A stretch of DNA of 64,000 bases from the NCBI GenBank assembly GCA_012842045.1, contig DUTP01000003.1:130532-194531 (forward strand), in the 5' to 3' direction. Source of the DNA: Candidatus Dojkabacteria bacterium. Lineage in GTDB: Bacteria; Patescibacteriota; Dojkabacteria; SC72. The position numbers were made by a program, and so were the translations under genes. The notes beneath the pieces were generated by a model. That model was not told the origin of the DNA. It saw only the letters and a program-made list of their open reading frames with translations, and made no database searches. This document shows positions 39,801 through 47,740 of this stretch, piece after piece (within the stretch, counting starts at the first letter, position 1; the number at the start of each line of letters is the position of its first letter).

Positions 39801-41416
39801 GAACCATCTTGTGTGTTAGTGATTTCACACTCTGCAGTATCACCATTTTTAGTAATTTGAATATCTTTACATGTATTACTTACTAAGCTCCAACCTTCTG
39901 GTAATGTTTCTTCAATATTATATGTACCAGGCATCACATTGTATGTATGAGATTTGTTTATTCTAATCTTCCCAATGTTACTATTAGCATAATACAAGAA
40001 AGTAGGGGAACCGTTTATTGAAGGAGTACCACTACCTGTTATTGTAAATTCAGTATTATCATTATTAGAAGCTGGACTTAGAACTTTCTTGACAGTTATC
40101 TGACCTTGTGGAATTACACAGTTATTGTTATACACTGCTTGTCCATATTCACTCCAGTTAAGACCCTTGAAGTAGACTCCGTCATGTGACGTGAATGGAG
40201 GAATAATATCTCCCCATTCTACTGTTATACCTGGGAACCAAATATCACCAGTATGTCCTGCATGTCCATTTAAGTCTCCTGATGCATCAGGTTCAATTAC
40301 TTCATAAGGACTTTTATGAGATGCTGTCTTATGACAAATCTTAATTGTAGGAATAATACCTTTATAGTTTGCAGGATCACTTGCCGATAAATCATGAGAT
40401 GATGTAACTGTACCAATGTTAGTATAGTTACCTGCAATAGCTGTAGCACTTCCTGTACAGGTCATACTTGTACCTGGTTCTAATTCTGTTCCTGGGCATG
40501 TTACATCTACTTCTTTGTCATCTGTTACCACAATGTTTGTTAACTTTACATTACCTGTGTTTTGTACAATATACGTAAAGTTTACTGTTTCTCCTGCTGT
40601 CACCTCTACTGCTTCGCCAGGAGTATTTGCATCCTGTCCATTTACTTTCTTAACAATAGAGATAGCTGGTTTTTCAACTAAAACAGAACTTAGACGACCA
40701 ACCAAATATGCAACATTTTCTTTCTCCTCCTCTGTTACAAATTTATTAAGTGTAGCTCCATCAGGATAGGACTTTTTGAAACCATCTATCTTCAATGTAT
40801 ATTTCATATCTCCAATTTCGTAGACTTCTTCACCATAACCTCCGTTAGGGAAGGTTATTATATCATCACAAGGAGTTTTACTTACCTGGTTGTCTGTTCC
40901 GTAATAATCACAACTCGATAAATACTTAGTATTACTCGTTTCTTCAATACCAAACTTGTAAGAAAATGTAGGTGATGGAGAAATTTCTGGATTTGAGAAA
41001 TTCAAAGTAACTTTAAGTGTTGCACTATCAGCTTGAGTCCCTGCCCATGTTGCCCAGTTAAAGTGAGTAAAATCACCGATTAGGAATGGTTCATTAGCAT
41101 TGAAACTTGTTTCTCCTTTTCCATCAAATCTCAATCCACTTCTTTTACCTGTATTCACAGGATCCCCCCATCTAATCTCTTTTTTATTAAGTGGAGAGTG
41201 TGTTAGACCTGAACCACCAGTTATAGCAGTCCAAATTCCATTAGTAGAGGAAAGAGTATAAGAAGCAGCAAAAGCCGCCTTAGGAGTAATCTCACCTCCT
41301 ATATCTCTCAACTGACCAATGGCTAAAAATGATGGGGCAAAGTTATATCCTATCAAAAATAGGACTGTTGAAATCTTGTACAAAGACTTCAAAAAAGATT
41401 TTTTGTTGAACCTCAT
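33851..41416 (-). CDS. giant (2,521 aa) cell-surface adhesin-like protein with tandem Ig-like/CnaB-SdrD-B-type repeats and an internal LPVTG sortase signal
   Basis: Signal peptide; DUF11-like segments (TVNFTYIVQNTGNVKLTNIVVTDD); about 10 repeats ending V/KxCTITN(DD)xxPTLTVxKxVxNDxGG; Ca-binding SdrD-B-like segments (IDTNKNGVLDPGE; IDKNDNGVLDIGE); four ~100-aa repeats ending NYSVRSGxxYxVxCxN. LPVTG at residue 2185, then a hydrophobic stretch, KPFKK, and a further 305 aa. Confidence 0.85.
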   Translation of the reverse strand: MRFNKKSFLKSLYKISTVLFLIGYNFAPSFLAIGQLRDIGGEITPKAAFAASYTLSSTNGIWTAITGGSGLTHSPLNKKEIRWGDPVNTGKRSGLRFDGKGETSFNANEPFLIGDFTHFNWATWAGTQADSATLKVTLNFSNPEISPSPTFSYKFGIEETSNTKYLSSCDYYGTDNQVSKTPCDDIITFPNGGYGEEVYEIGDMKYTLKIDGFKKSYPDGATLNKFVTEEEKENVAYLVGRLSSVLVEKPAISIVKKVNGQDANTPGEAVEVTAGETVNFTYIVQNTGNVKLTNIVVTDDKEVDVTCPGTELEPGTSMTCTGSATAIAGNYTNIGTVTSSHDLSASDPANYKGIIPTIKICHKTASHKSPYEVIEPDASGDLNGHAGHTGDIWFPGITVEWGDIIPPFTSHDGVYFKGLNWSEYGQAVYNNNCVIPQGQITVKKVLSPASNNDNTEFTITGSGTPSINGSPTFLYYANSNIGKIRINKSHTYNVMPGTYNIEETLPEGWSLVSNTCKDIQITKNGDTAECEITNTQDGSLTIVKKALPYGTESFGFTLTGDHSVNEEFNLVDNSDTEDASKTFSLKAGKYAVAEDDYSDDWKTTYSCTGNNTIDNIVLEAGKSVTCTFTNTKYGSISGHKYHDLDGLASTTKDRKPVYKYTIFIDTNKNGVLDPGEKSTETALDGSYSFTGLEPGEYRIVEVMKVGWIVLPGTSTAWTIKLSAGEDKKNVDFINIEKPTIEVIKFVDIDGDGEVDERYVTDWTWKLDDKEYKMFGKEEKPMEIMPGTYTISEVQKDGYTVKSMMCDNGGVKFFEEKTEGTKLTINSGDKILCRFTNTRDTGTLIVRKEVINDNGGKLKAGEFSFKIGTSKGVGFDQDPTNPLLGENRFEKYPTGIYSIIEPEANTRGYTTTYDNCDKIVVEKGKEAVCTITNDDVAPTLTVIKKVVNDNGGTATANDFEIKLNGDELKFKTWPGEVGKYTYTYFATPEVKSNTKYELEEIDHPGYKEGKWSCTDDKTGKIIGGYQFSLTEGQKVTCAITNDDIAPSLELVKEVDNKYGGSAQITDWTLTATGPTTISGDSGVKSKDNFKAGTYTLSETAKEGISGYEAGDWDCTNDIIVNDNNQITLEVGQTTVCTIKNTEIQPTLTLVKTVENNHGGLKQVADFKLYIGDTEVTSGKAHKVNSGVEYTVSEDQLDGYTASTWGGDCSADGKITLNSGENKTCTITNSDSQSKITVIKKVINDHGGTATVDDFNITLTDSTLEFDAGVKEGDTTTYTATVFGDVNKEYTLSETVAGTGYDMESLECSLGSNGVFTLPEGEDVTCTIVNNDIQPTLTVKKVVDNGTYGDKQVSDFTLYVSGNKVTNGEVNKFNAGDYTVSEDNLDGYVATFSGDCDLDGDVTLNVGDNKVCTITNRSTHGKIIIKKLVEPRGDKTKFTFTGDLTGTIGNNGTIQKIVIPGDYSVTEQSVKGWNLKSLVCDDTDSVKDGYTANIKVGDNETVTCTFTNEKLGSISGFKYEDRNGNGKWDVLPLFSELPLRGWTIFIDKNDNGVLDIGERFTKTNILGYYEFNNLPVGETYIIREVQKDGWTQTSANPAPITIAAGDVRIFVNFGNFKDATINVTKDVVGVDGKTNVVDTHEFTALLNNNEDTGKTIAEGTIATYKVVNGKHTISEVEDENYTTLGCFIGKKEFTNYSVRSGETYNVVCKNAQKPATINVTKNVVDVNGKDVVDTTHFKSILTDEDGNQVAEEQKIGEALPPATYTINTMGLYTISEPYSQFFENLGCTILLEGNEVPFTNYSVRSGGKYDVVCTNKQKTATIEVTKDVVGINGEEVKDPTEFTSILSDSDGNQIGEGQIAEGTKVEYKINEMGRYTVSELSDEDYENLGCTVLQSNGEEVLFENYRVRSGGRYRVTCKNAQLPATLIVTKDVVNSEGEDVDGDIFSDDQFDVVLGAETKQIADTANGKQPAIFEGLQPGVHTFTETPKEGYTFGGCTDDGEVTLGSNQTLEVECINKVIDPILQIEKSNDAVVALSAGDIVTYTITVTAPDDGGEGTYILNNVIVSDIAPAGFEYMLGSWTVEKNSVDITGEVPEPTYDGENAAQWMIGGMKEGDVVVLTYQTKIFDKQDPGNYPDIAWVAGTSLIDGAVLGASVVDPLTPFVGTNVTITEPVETEEGEVLGASITLPVTGASTYLTLGALIMMILGAITLLLKPFKKLSYALLTGLMALSFVTLLTPNRVLAADSIKVRIMQPATPTNKTSFNVGFVALDLNNKEVTVECYKDGTLFKTIPNANAGNCPATVDASGTYTFYVIAKSASGEQKSEDAIVVVDLVKPSPVIDYSKAGNVIKFKTGNDAKVVKVEIHRSTTPKYTANKSTWVHTENVSPNTEYSWTDTTAETGKIYYYALRTVDAVGNVSTIVSDPEVVAEEVPATTGTGTTATTTPTEGEVAGQTDTKKEGEVAGETDDITEGEDTEVKKTEEGKEKVDIKETGKNILSKWYFWVIVVVVIGGVAFYVRKQKSN
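34850..34864 (-). other. LPVTG sortase recognition motif (internal to the giant ORF, 337 aa before its stop)
   Basis: CTA CCA GTA ACA GGT on the minus strand. Followed by ASTYLTLGALIMMILGAITLLL and KPFKK, a classical sorting signal, yet the ORF continues. Confidence 0.8.
35378..36568 (-). repeat. intragenic tandem array of four ~100-aa repeats (second family; residues ~1617-2013)
   Basis: ATINVTKDVVGVDGK...NYSVRSGETYNVVCKNAQKP / ATINVTKNVVDVNGK...NYSVRSGGKYDVVCTNKQKT / ATIEVTKDVVGINGE...NYRVRSGGRYRVTCKNAQLP / ATLIVTKDVVNSEGE... Confidence 0.7.
37157..40099 (-). repeat. intragenic tandem array of ~95-105-aa beta-sandwich repeats ('CTITN' family; residues ~440-1420 of the giant protein)
   Basis: Recurring ...GxxVTCTFTN, ...KILCRFTN, ...KEAVCTITNDDVAPTLTVIKKVVNDNGG, ...QKVTCAITNDDIAPSLELVKEV, ...TTVCTIKNTEIQPTLTLVKTV, ...KTCTITNSDSQSKITVIKKV, ...DVTCTIVNNDIQPTLTVKKV, ...KVCTITNRS. 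Divergent at protein level, so not a recent duplication. Confidence 0.7.
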
Positions 41417-41544
41417 TAATTTGTTATTTAAAAATTAATAAAAATAAAGTTATCATAACCATATGCAGAGACAATACTCTACATGTTTGGATTATACCAA
41501 AACCCTATAAGATTTTCAATACCCATAGATGCCCTTGATAACAA

Positions 41545-41578
41545 TACAAAAAAGAGGAGGTATTTCTACCTCCTCTGC
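41545..41578 (-). terminator. intrinsic terminator downstream of the RRM protein gene
   Basis: Minus-strand GCAGAGGAGGTA-gaaa-TACCTCCTCT followed by TTTTTTGT. Confidence 0.6.
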
Positions 41579-41598
41579 AATTCCTAGATTAAAAAAGA

Positions 41599-41859
41599 TT
41601 ACTCTTCCTTTCTCTCTTCTCTGGCTAAAGAAACATTGACAGCTCTGCCATCAATCTCTTTACCATTCATTTCAGTCATTGCTTTCTGTGCTTCATCTTC
41701 TGTAGAAAAAGTAACAAATCCAAAACCTTTGGATCTATTCTTCATTCTATCAATGATAACTACTGCTTCTTCAACAGTACCAAATGGAGCAAATGCTTCC
41801 TTCAACTCCTCGTCTCTAACGTTCCAGCTGAGGTTGCCTACAAATAACTTTTTACCCAT
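41599..41859 (-). CDS. RNA-binding protein, single RRM domain
   Basis: RNP-2 LFVGNL, RNP-1 KGFGFVTF. Confidence 0.85.
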   Translation of the reverse strand: MGKKLFVGNLSWNVRDEELKEAFAPFGTVEEAVVIIDRMKNRSKGFGFVTFSTEDEAQKAMTEMNGKEIDGRAVNVSLAREERKEE

Positions 41860-42056
41860 TATTTATATATAAATAAAAATTAAATTCGCTACACCACAAA
41901 TATGGGAGATTACACTCTAAGCAGTCTATCACAGAAAGCTTCCATAGCTACCTATATTATACCATAAATTCTGGATGTAAAGATAGTACTCAATCCCTCT
42001 TCTCATCATATACACAATTGTTTGCTTGCTCTACCTATTTGTTGTATATTTTAATC

Positions 42057-43415
42057 ATGTCAAAACTGTCCGTTTTAGAAAAAAATGCATATATCAATAT
42101 CTTAATTAAAGATAATGGTATCTGGGCACATCTTGCATATACAGATTTTAATGCTAACAGAGAATATATTCTTTCTGATTATACTGATTTAAATGCTCTC
42201 AAATTCCTACTAGATGATAATGTGTTCACTAAAGAATTCTGGTTTGAATATTTTGATACCATTGAAAAAGTTTTTGATTGGGATATTGTAGACAAAGATA
42301 AGGATTCTGTTTTCACTTTCAGAGATTTTAAGGCAGAGGGAGATGGAGTATCTGGTGTAAGAGTACAGATAGATGACAATCAAGATTTTTTCACTGAGAT
42401 ATTCAACTCTGTTAGAGATTTCTCAAATGAAGTATCTCTTAGAGTCATAGATGATGCATATTTAGAAACTATGCTTAAAGGTCTCTCTCAAAGAATAGAT
42501 ATCGATGACCTTCTAGTAGTAGACATGGATCTCTTTCACTTTTCAGTATTTAGAGTAACTGCAGAGTATGAAAAAGGAAGACCCACAGGGCATCAGATTT
42601 TCTCAAAGTCTAAAATGTCATGGAAAGATGAAATACCATTAATTGATTCTATCAAAGATGCTAGATTTGGAGCATTTCTTTCTACAGAACTCTCAGAGAA
42701 AAACCTTCAAAACACATGGGCAAACTTTGTGATTGACAGACCAATCTTTGTACAAGACAGACCTCTTCTTGATATTGTAAGGTCATATGCTACTATTCAA
42801 AACTTCTCTCTTTTTAGAGACAACAGAAAGAAAATAGAGACATTTGGTAGAGAATATACCAGAAGTGCAATGATTATCACTGGTAATATTCCAAGAGTAT
42901 TAGGTAAGTCTAAAACTCTAATGACCATTATTGACGGTTTAGAAATTACTGGTAATTTTGACTGCTATTTTGACCTAGACCTAAGAACAATTGCATATGG
43001 TAAATCATATGTAGAGATGACTGAAAGTACTGACATCATATTAACTAGAAGTTCTCTCCTTCCCAGAGTGACAAAAGTGATTATCCCTCAAACAAAACCA
43101 GGAATGAAGAACAGGGTTGTATTTAGTGGAAAAGTACAAGGTATTGATACAGAACAAACCGATTTCTATGCTCTCTCATCTCAATTCACAATGATCGAGA
43201 TGCCTCCTCATGAGAACAGATTATTAATTGAAGGTTCTTTTAGAAATGGTGTAAAAACTATACCTCTTGGAGAAACAAAAATTAATTACATGTCCACACC
43301 TGAAAGTACAAAGATAGGTTCTATACTTTTTGATTGTAGACCTAGACCCATTGTATATGGTCCAGATGCTCATTCAAACAAACTTAAATTACAGTTATGG
43401 TTAAATGATTATTAA
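42057..43415 (+). CDS. hypothetical protein (452 aa from internal ATG; no recognised family)
   Basis: ORF 42018..43415; the first 13 residues are a hydrophobic run, so a more plausible start is MSKLSVLEK at 42057. Confidence 0.5.
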   Translation: MSKLSVLEKNAYINILIKDNGIWAHLAYTDFNANREYILSDYTDLNALKFLLDDNVFTKEFWFEYFDTIEKVFDWDIVDKDKDSVFTFRDFKAEGDGVSGVRVQIDDNQDFFTEIFNSVRDFSNEVSLRVIDDAYLETMLKGLSQRIDIDDLLVVDMDLFHFSVFRVTAEYEKGRPTGHQIFSKSKMSWKDEIPLIDSIKDARFGAFLSTELSEKNLQNTWANFVIDRPIFVQDRPLLDIVRSYATIQNFSLFRDNRKKIETFGREYTRSAMIITGNIPRVLGKSKTLMTIIDGLEITGNFDCYFDLDLRTIAYGKSYVEMTESTDIILTRSSLLPRVTKVIIPQTKPGMKNRVVFSGKVQGIDTEQTDFYALSSQFTMIEMPPHENRLLIEGSFRNGVKTIPLGETKINYMSTPESTKIGSILFDCRPRPIVYGPDAHSNKLKLQLWLNDY

Positions 43416-44436
43416 ACATCAAATAGTTAATGAATACACAAACTACAAAGTGAAAATTCCTTTTAAGTCTACCGATGATGTCTTAGTTAAAAGTGGAGAT
43501 AAATTGAAAGTTGGTGATGAACTCTTGAAAAGGAAGGAGAGTTCAAAGTTGTATTCCTTCTATGTACCAGATGAGATTCCAGTCAGAGCACAAGATGTGA
43601 AGAAATATGCTACATGCATACATGGTGAGTTAGTTAAGGAGGGAGATGTTTTAGTTGAAAAAGAAATGACAGGAGGACTAACAGTTAAGAAACTAATTTC
43701 TCCAACAGATGGTGTAGTAGATATGGACAGAGTAGAGAGTGGATATATCGATATACTTGGAGATGAAGACATTAAAACATTTAAGAGTTCTTTTACTGGA
43801 GATGTATTAGACGCCAATTTAGTTGATGGTATCGTGCTAGATGCAAAAGCATATGCCATGGATATTAAAATTGTTTCTAAAATGTATCAGGAAGGTCATA
43901 GTGAAAGTAAGAAGATATTTGGTGAATTTGTTACGGTAGGAGATGGTGATAACCTACTACTCAAAGCAGACCAGAAGGACTATACAAACAAAATTGTTTT
44001 TGCAGGAAAATATTTACATACATCGTTGTTACAAGACCTTTTTGAAAAAGGTGCAGCTTTTGTTTTAACATACTCTATGGAGTATTCAGACTTTAGAAGA
44101 CAAACATTACCTCTTGGTATACTTGGAGGTTTTGGTGAAATATCATGTGGAGATAGTATTCTCTCTCTAATTACATCAAAAAAAGGTGTACTATCTGTTG
44201 TAGACTTAGAAGAAAGACAGATCTTTTTCCTTTCAGATTACAGAGCAGGGAAAAAAGAGAAAAGTTTTCTGCTAAATGCAAAAGGTGCTACTGTAAGGTC
44301 TCTTGCACTTTCAAACTATTCTATGATTGGAAAGGTTATAGATACAGAAGAGGAAGCTGGATATATTTCAGTAGAGTGGGAGAATGGTTCTAAGGGTATA
44401 GCGAATATTGGTGCGGTGGAATTTATCTCCCTTTAG
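43405..44436 (+). CDS. hypothetical protein, translationally coupled to the upstream gene (11-nt overlap)
   Basis: ORF; a possible beta-barrel/lipoyl-like hybrid segment VKSGDKLKVGDELLKRK; no confident family. Confidence 0.5.
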   Translation: MIIKHQIVNEYTNYKVKIPFKSTDDVLVKSGDKLKVGDELLKRKESSKLYSFYVPDEIPVRAQDVKKYATCIHGELVKEGDVLVEKEMTGGLTVKKLISPTDGVVDMDRVESGYIDILGDEDIKTFKSSFTGDVLDANLVDGIVLDAKAYAMDIKIVSKMYQEGHSESKKIFGEFVTVGDGDNLLLKADQKDYTNKIVFAGKYLHTSLLQDLFEKGAAFVLTYSMEYSDFRRQTLPLGILGGFGEISCGDSILSLITSKKGVLSVVDLEERQIFFLSDYRAGKKEKSFLLNAKGATVRSLALSNYSMIGKVIDTEEEAGYISVEWENGSKGIANIGAVEFISL

Positions 44437-44486
44437 AGTATAATTTTGTTTGTCTATATATTAAATTTTCTTAACAATCTATAAAC

Positions 44487-45710
44487 ATGGAGAAAGAAAG
44501 AAATGGTGGAAAAATATTTGGGACAGCTCTTCTATTAGTAGCTACTTTTGTTGTAGGTATATTTTTTGGTAGAAATATTTCAGAAAAACAAGCTGCTAAT
44601 TTTTTAAAATTTCCAGCTAAAACAGGTAGAGCAGATTTAACAACATTTTGGAATGTATGGGATACAACAAGAAGAAACTATGTTGATGCAGAGAAACTAG
44701 ATGAGAAAGAGCTAGTATACGGAGCTATAAAAGGGATGGTCAATTCCATAGACGATATGGGAACTGTATATTTAGACCCCGAAGAAACAAAGGAGTTTGA
44801 TGCTTCTTCCGAGGGTAAATATTTTGAAGGTATAGGTGCTGAATTAGGATATGTAAATGGACAGGTAGTAGTAGTAGCACCTATTGAAGGTTCTCCTGCA
44901 AAAGAAGCTGGTATTAGACCTGGTGACTTAATCTTGAAAGTAGATGACTATACTCTTTCTTCCAGTGATTCTGTTTACGATGCAGTAGCGAAGATAAGAG
45001 GAGAAGCAGGAACTTCTGTTAAACTAAATATCTTACATAAAGGAGATAAAAACCCTATTGATATTACAATCACGAGAAGTGAGATTACCGTTCCTAGTAT
45101 GACATTAGACTTTATTGGCGATAAGAAAGATATTGCACATTTGAAAGTTAGCAGATTTACAGAGGCTACTCTTTTGAATTGGCAAAACAAATGGCACAAC
45201 AGTGTATTAGAGATTAATGCCAGAAATATTGATAAGGTAATAATAGATTTAAGAAGTAATCCTGGAGGTTTCTTTGATGCAGCAGTATTTGCAGCAGATG
45301 ACATCTTAGATGAAGGGTATATTATCTCCAAACAACAGGATGCCAAGGGCAATATAGTTGAATTTAAGTCGGAGAAAGGTGGAGAGCTACTAGGTAAGAA
45401 AATTGTTGTACTAATAGATAATGGGAGTGCTTCAGCATCAGAGATTCTCTCAGGTGCATTACAACAAACAGATAATATTAAAATAATCGGTTCTAAGACA
45501 TTTGGTAAAGGAACAGCACAAAAAATCTTTGATTTTCCAGATGGGTCTACTTTACACTTAACAACTATTAAATGGCTCTTACCTAATGGTAAACAGATAG
45601 ACAAGGACAACCCAATTATCCCTGATATTGAAGTTGCATATACAAATGCTGATTTTGAAAAAGGGGTTGATCCTCAATTGGACAGAGCAATAGAGGAAAT
45701 TAGTAAATAA
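44487..45710 (+). CDS. ctpA: carboxyl-terminal processing protease (S41 family) with PDZ domain
   Basis: GIGAELG, PDZ SPAKEAGIRPGDLI, DLRSNPGG, NGSASASEI, TFGKGTAQ; N-terminal TM. Confidence 0.85.
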   Translation: MEKERNGGKIFGTALLLVATFVVGIFFGRNISEKQAANFLKFPAKTGRADLTTFWNVWDTTRRNYVDAEKLDEKELVYGAIKGMVNSIDDMGTVYLDPEETKEFDASSEGKYFEGIGAELGYVNGQVVVVAPIEGSPAKEAGIRPGDLILKVDDYTLSSSDSVYDAVAKIRGEAGTSVKLNILHKGDKNPIDITITRSEITVPSMTLDFIGDKKDIAHLKVSRFTEATLLNWQNKWHNSVLEINARNIDKVIIDLRSNPGGFFDAAVFAADDILDEGYIISKQQDAKGNIVEFKSEKGGELLGKKIVVLIDNGSASASEILSGALQQTDNIKIIGSKTFGKGTAQKIFDFPDGSTLHLTTIKWLLPNGKQIDKDNPIIPDIEVAYTNADFEKGVDPQLDRAIEEISK

Positions 45711-45730
45711 ATTTAAAATAAAAAAAAGTT

Positions 45731-46972
45731 ATGGAAGAAAAGAAACAAGAGAAGAAAACAGAAGAAGAGAAGAAGGAAGCAAAGAAAGAAGTTAAGCAGG
45801 AAGAAGTTAAAGAGATAGAGAAGAAAGAAAAGGAGAAAGTTTGTACAAAAAACATCACTAATTCTCTTAAATATATTTTACTTGGAATTCTTCTGTATGT
45901 TTTACTAATAATTCTTACAGTCTCTCTAACCCTCCACTTCATATTCAAGGATGGAAGTACAGTAAAAGAATATCTTAAAGAGTCTTCTGATAAATCAGAT
46001 AACAACATAGAACTTCTTGTTACAGAACAAGAAAAGAATGTTATTGATATTGTCAAGCAGAGTCAGGAATCAGTAGTTAGTATTGCTGTCTCTCAAATTG
46101 CTTTAGAGCAAGGTCAAGGTTTGGTTGATACTACAAATAAAATAGGAACAGGCTTTATCGTTGATGAGAGTGGTATTGTTATCACTAATCAGCATGTGGT
46201 GTCTGATAGAAATTCTGATTACAAGGTTGTTAATAGTCATGGTGATGAATTTGTAGTAACAACAATTTTAAGAGATGATATATCCGACATAGCATTATTA
46301 AGAATTGATAAAGGAGATAAAGAACTAAAAGCTCTTAAACTTGGAGATTCTGACAAGTTAGTTGTTGGACAAAATGTTCTAGCTATTGGTACACCTCTTG
46401 GAGAGTTTGCAGGAAGTGTAACAACAGGAATTATCAGTGGATTAAACAGAACAGTCTCAGCAGGACAATCTTGGTTTGGAAGTACAATAAAGACATATGA
46501 AGGAGTTATTCAAACAGATGCTGCAATCAACCCAGGCAATTCTGGTGGACCATTGATAAACTCACAAGGAGAAGTTATAGGTGTCAATTTTGCTACTACA
46601 CAAGGAGTAGATAATATTTCATTTGCTTTACCAATAAATAATGTAAAAAACAGGCTAGAGGAATACAAAACACATGGCAAGTTTATAAGACCATATCTAG
46701 GAGTATCATATCAAATGATTTCTGCATATGAAGCACTATACTATAAAAATGTTGTTCCCGGAGCATTAGTTGTTAGAGTTGAGCCAATATCTCCAGCTTT
46801 CGTTGCAGGAATTAGAAAGGGAGACATTATTACACAATTTGGAGAAAAGAAAGTAGACAGGTCTCTTGCAGAATTAATACAACAACATAAAGTAGGAGAA
46901 GAAGTAGAAGTAAAAGTAACAAGAGAAGGTAAAGATCAAGTATTTAAAGTAAAATTAGGAGAAATGGAATAG
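45731..46972 (+). CDS. HtrA/DegP-family serine protease with PDZ domain, membrane-anchored
   Basis: Catalytic-triad context TNQHVV (His), DIALLRI (Asp), TDAAINPGNSGGPL (Ser). C-terminal PDZ. Lys/Glu-rich N-terminus then TM. Confidence 0.85.
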   Translation: MEEKKQEKKTEEEKKEAKKEVKQEEVKEIEKKEKEKVCTKNITNSLKYILLGILLYVLLIILTVSLTLHFIFKDGSTVKEYLKESSDKSDNNIELLVTEQEKNVIDIVKQSQESVVSIAVSQIALEQGQGLVDTTNKIGTGFIVDESGIVITNQHVVSDRNSDYKVVNSHGDEFVVTTILRDDISDIALLRIDKGDKELKALKLGDSDKLVVGQNVLAIGTPLGEFAGSVTTGIISGLNRTVSAGQSWFGSTIKTYEGVIQTDAAINPGNSGGPLINSQGEVIGVNFATTQGVDNISFALPINNVKNRLEEYKTHGKFIRPYLGVSYQMISAYEALYYKNVVPGALVVRVEPISPAFVAGIRKGDIITQFGEKKVDRSLAELIQQHKVGEEVEVKVTREGKDQVFKVKLGEME

Positions 46973-47740
46973 TACAAATCTATCCTTATCTCTAAAATCT
47001 TTAAATACTTTCTCTATCTGTTTGTAATTCTTCTTTAGGATGGATAGAGTAGAGGGTTCAATTTCAATTAACAGATAAATATTTTTCTTTCCAGACTTTT
47101 CTATCTTTCTAATTAATTCTTTGTAGTAAAAAAGTCCATCTTCTTTACCATCAAGAGCTATTCTAGGTTCAAAATCTTTAACACTACAATCCAAATTCTC
47201 ATACATATCTGTTGGAACATATGGTAAATTAGCAACTATCAAAGAATTAGATTGGATATCTAAAGAATCTATCAAATCAACCTCCTTTAGTTCAATGATT
47301 TCTTCTAAACCGTGATGCTTTATATTCTTCCTTGCCACATCCAAAGCTTTCTGACTTACATCTGTTGCCAGAAACTGCAAATTTCCTCTCTTTTTAGCAA
47401 TTGAAATGGCTATACAACCACTCCCACAACCGATATCAATAACTCTTTTCAAATCAATATATTTATCAAGAATATCTAATGCAATATCAACAAGCTGCTC
47501 AGTCTCAATTCTAGGAATTAATGTATCCTCTGTGACAAAAATTTCATTACCACAAAACTCTGTAACACCTAAAACATATTCCCATGGCTTACCACTTCCT
47601 ATCTCCTTCAAAACATCTTCTATATCTATATTCTTATCAACAGAATATGTATAAATCTCATTACTAATCCTAGACACATCAAAGTAACCAGCCTTTTTTA
47701 ATGCATTCTGTATTTTGAAAAGCTCTTTAAGATTACTCAT
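46955..47740 (-). CDS. prmC: release-factor glutamine N5-methyltransferase
   Basis: [12 protein letters not shown]-binding [15 protein letters not shown] motif VANLPYVP. Overlaps prfA by 8 nt. Confidence 0.85.
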   Translation of the reverse strand: MSNLKELFKIQNALKKAGYFDVSRISNEIYTYSVDKNIDIEDVLKEIGSGKPWEYVLGVTEFCGNEIFVTEDTLIPRIETEQLVDIALDILDKYIDLKRVIDIGCGSGCIAISIAKKRGNLQFLATDVSQKALDVARKNIKHHGLEEIIELKEVDLIDSLDIQSNSLIVANLPYVPTDMYENLDCSVKDFEPRIALDGKEDGLFYYKELIRKIEKSGKKNIYLLIEIEPSTLSILKKNYKQIEKVFKDFRDKDRFVLFHFS

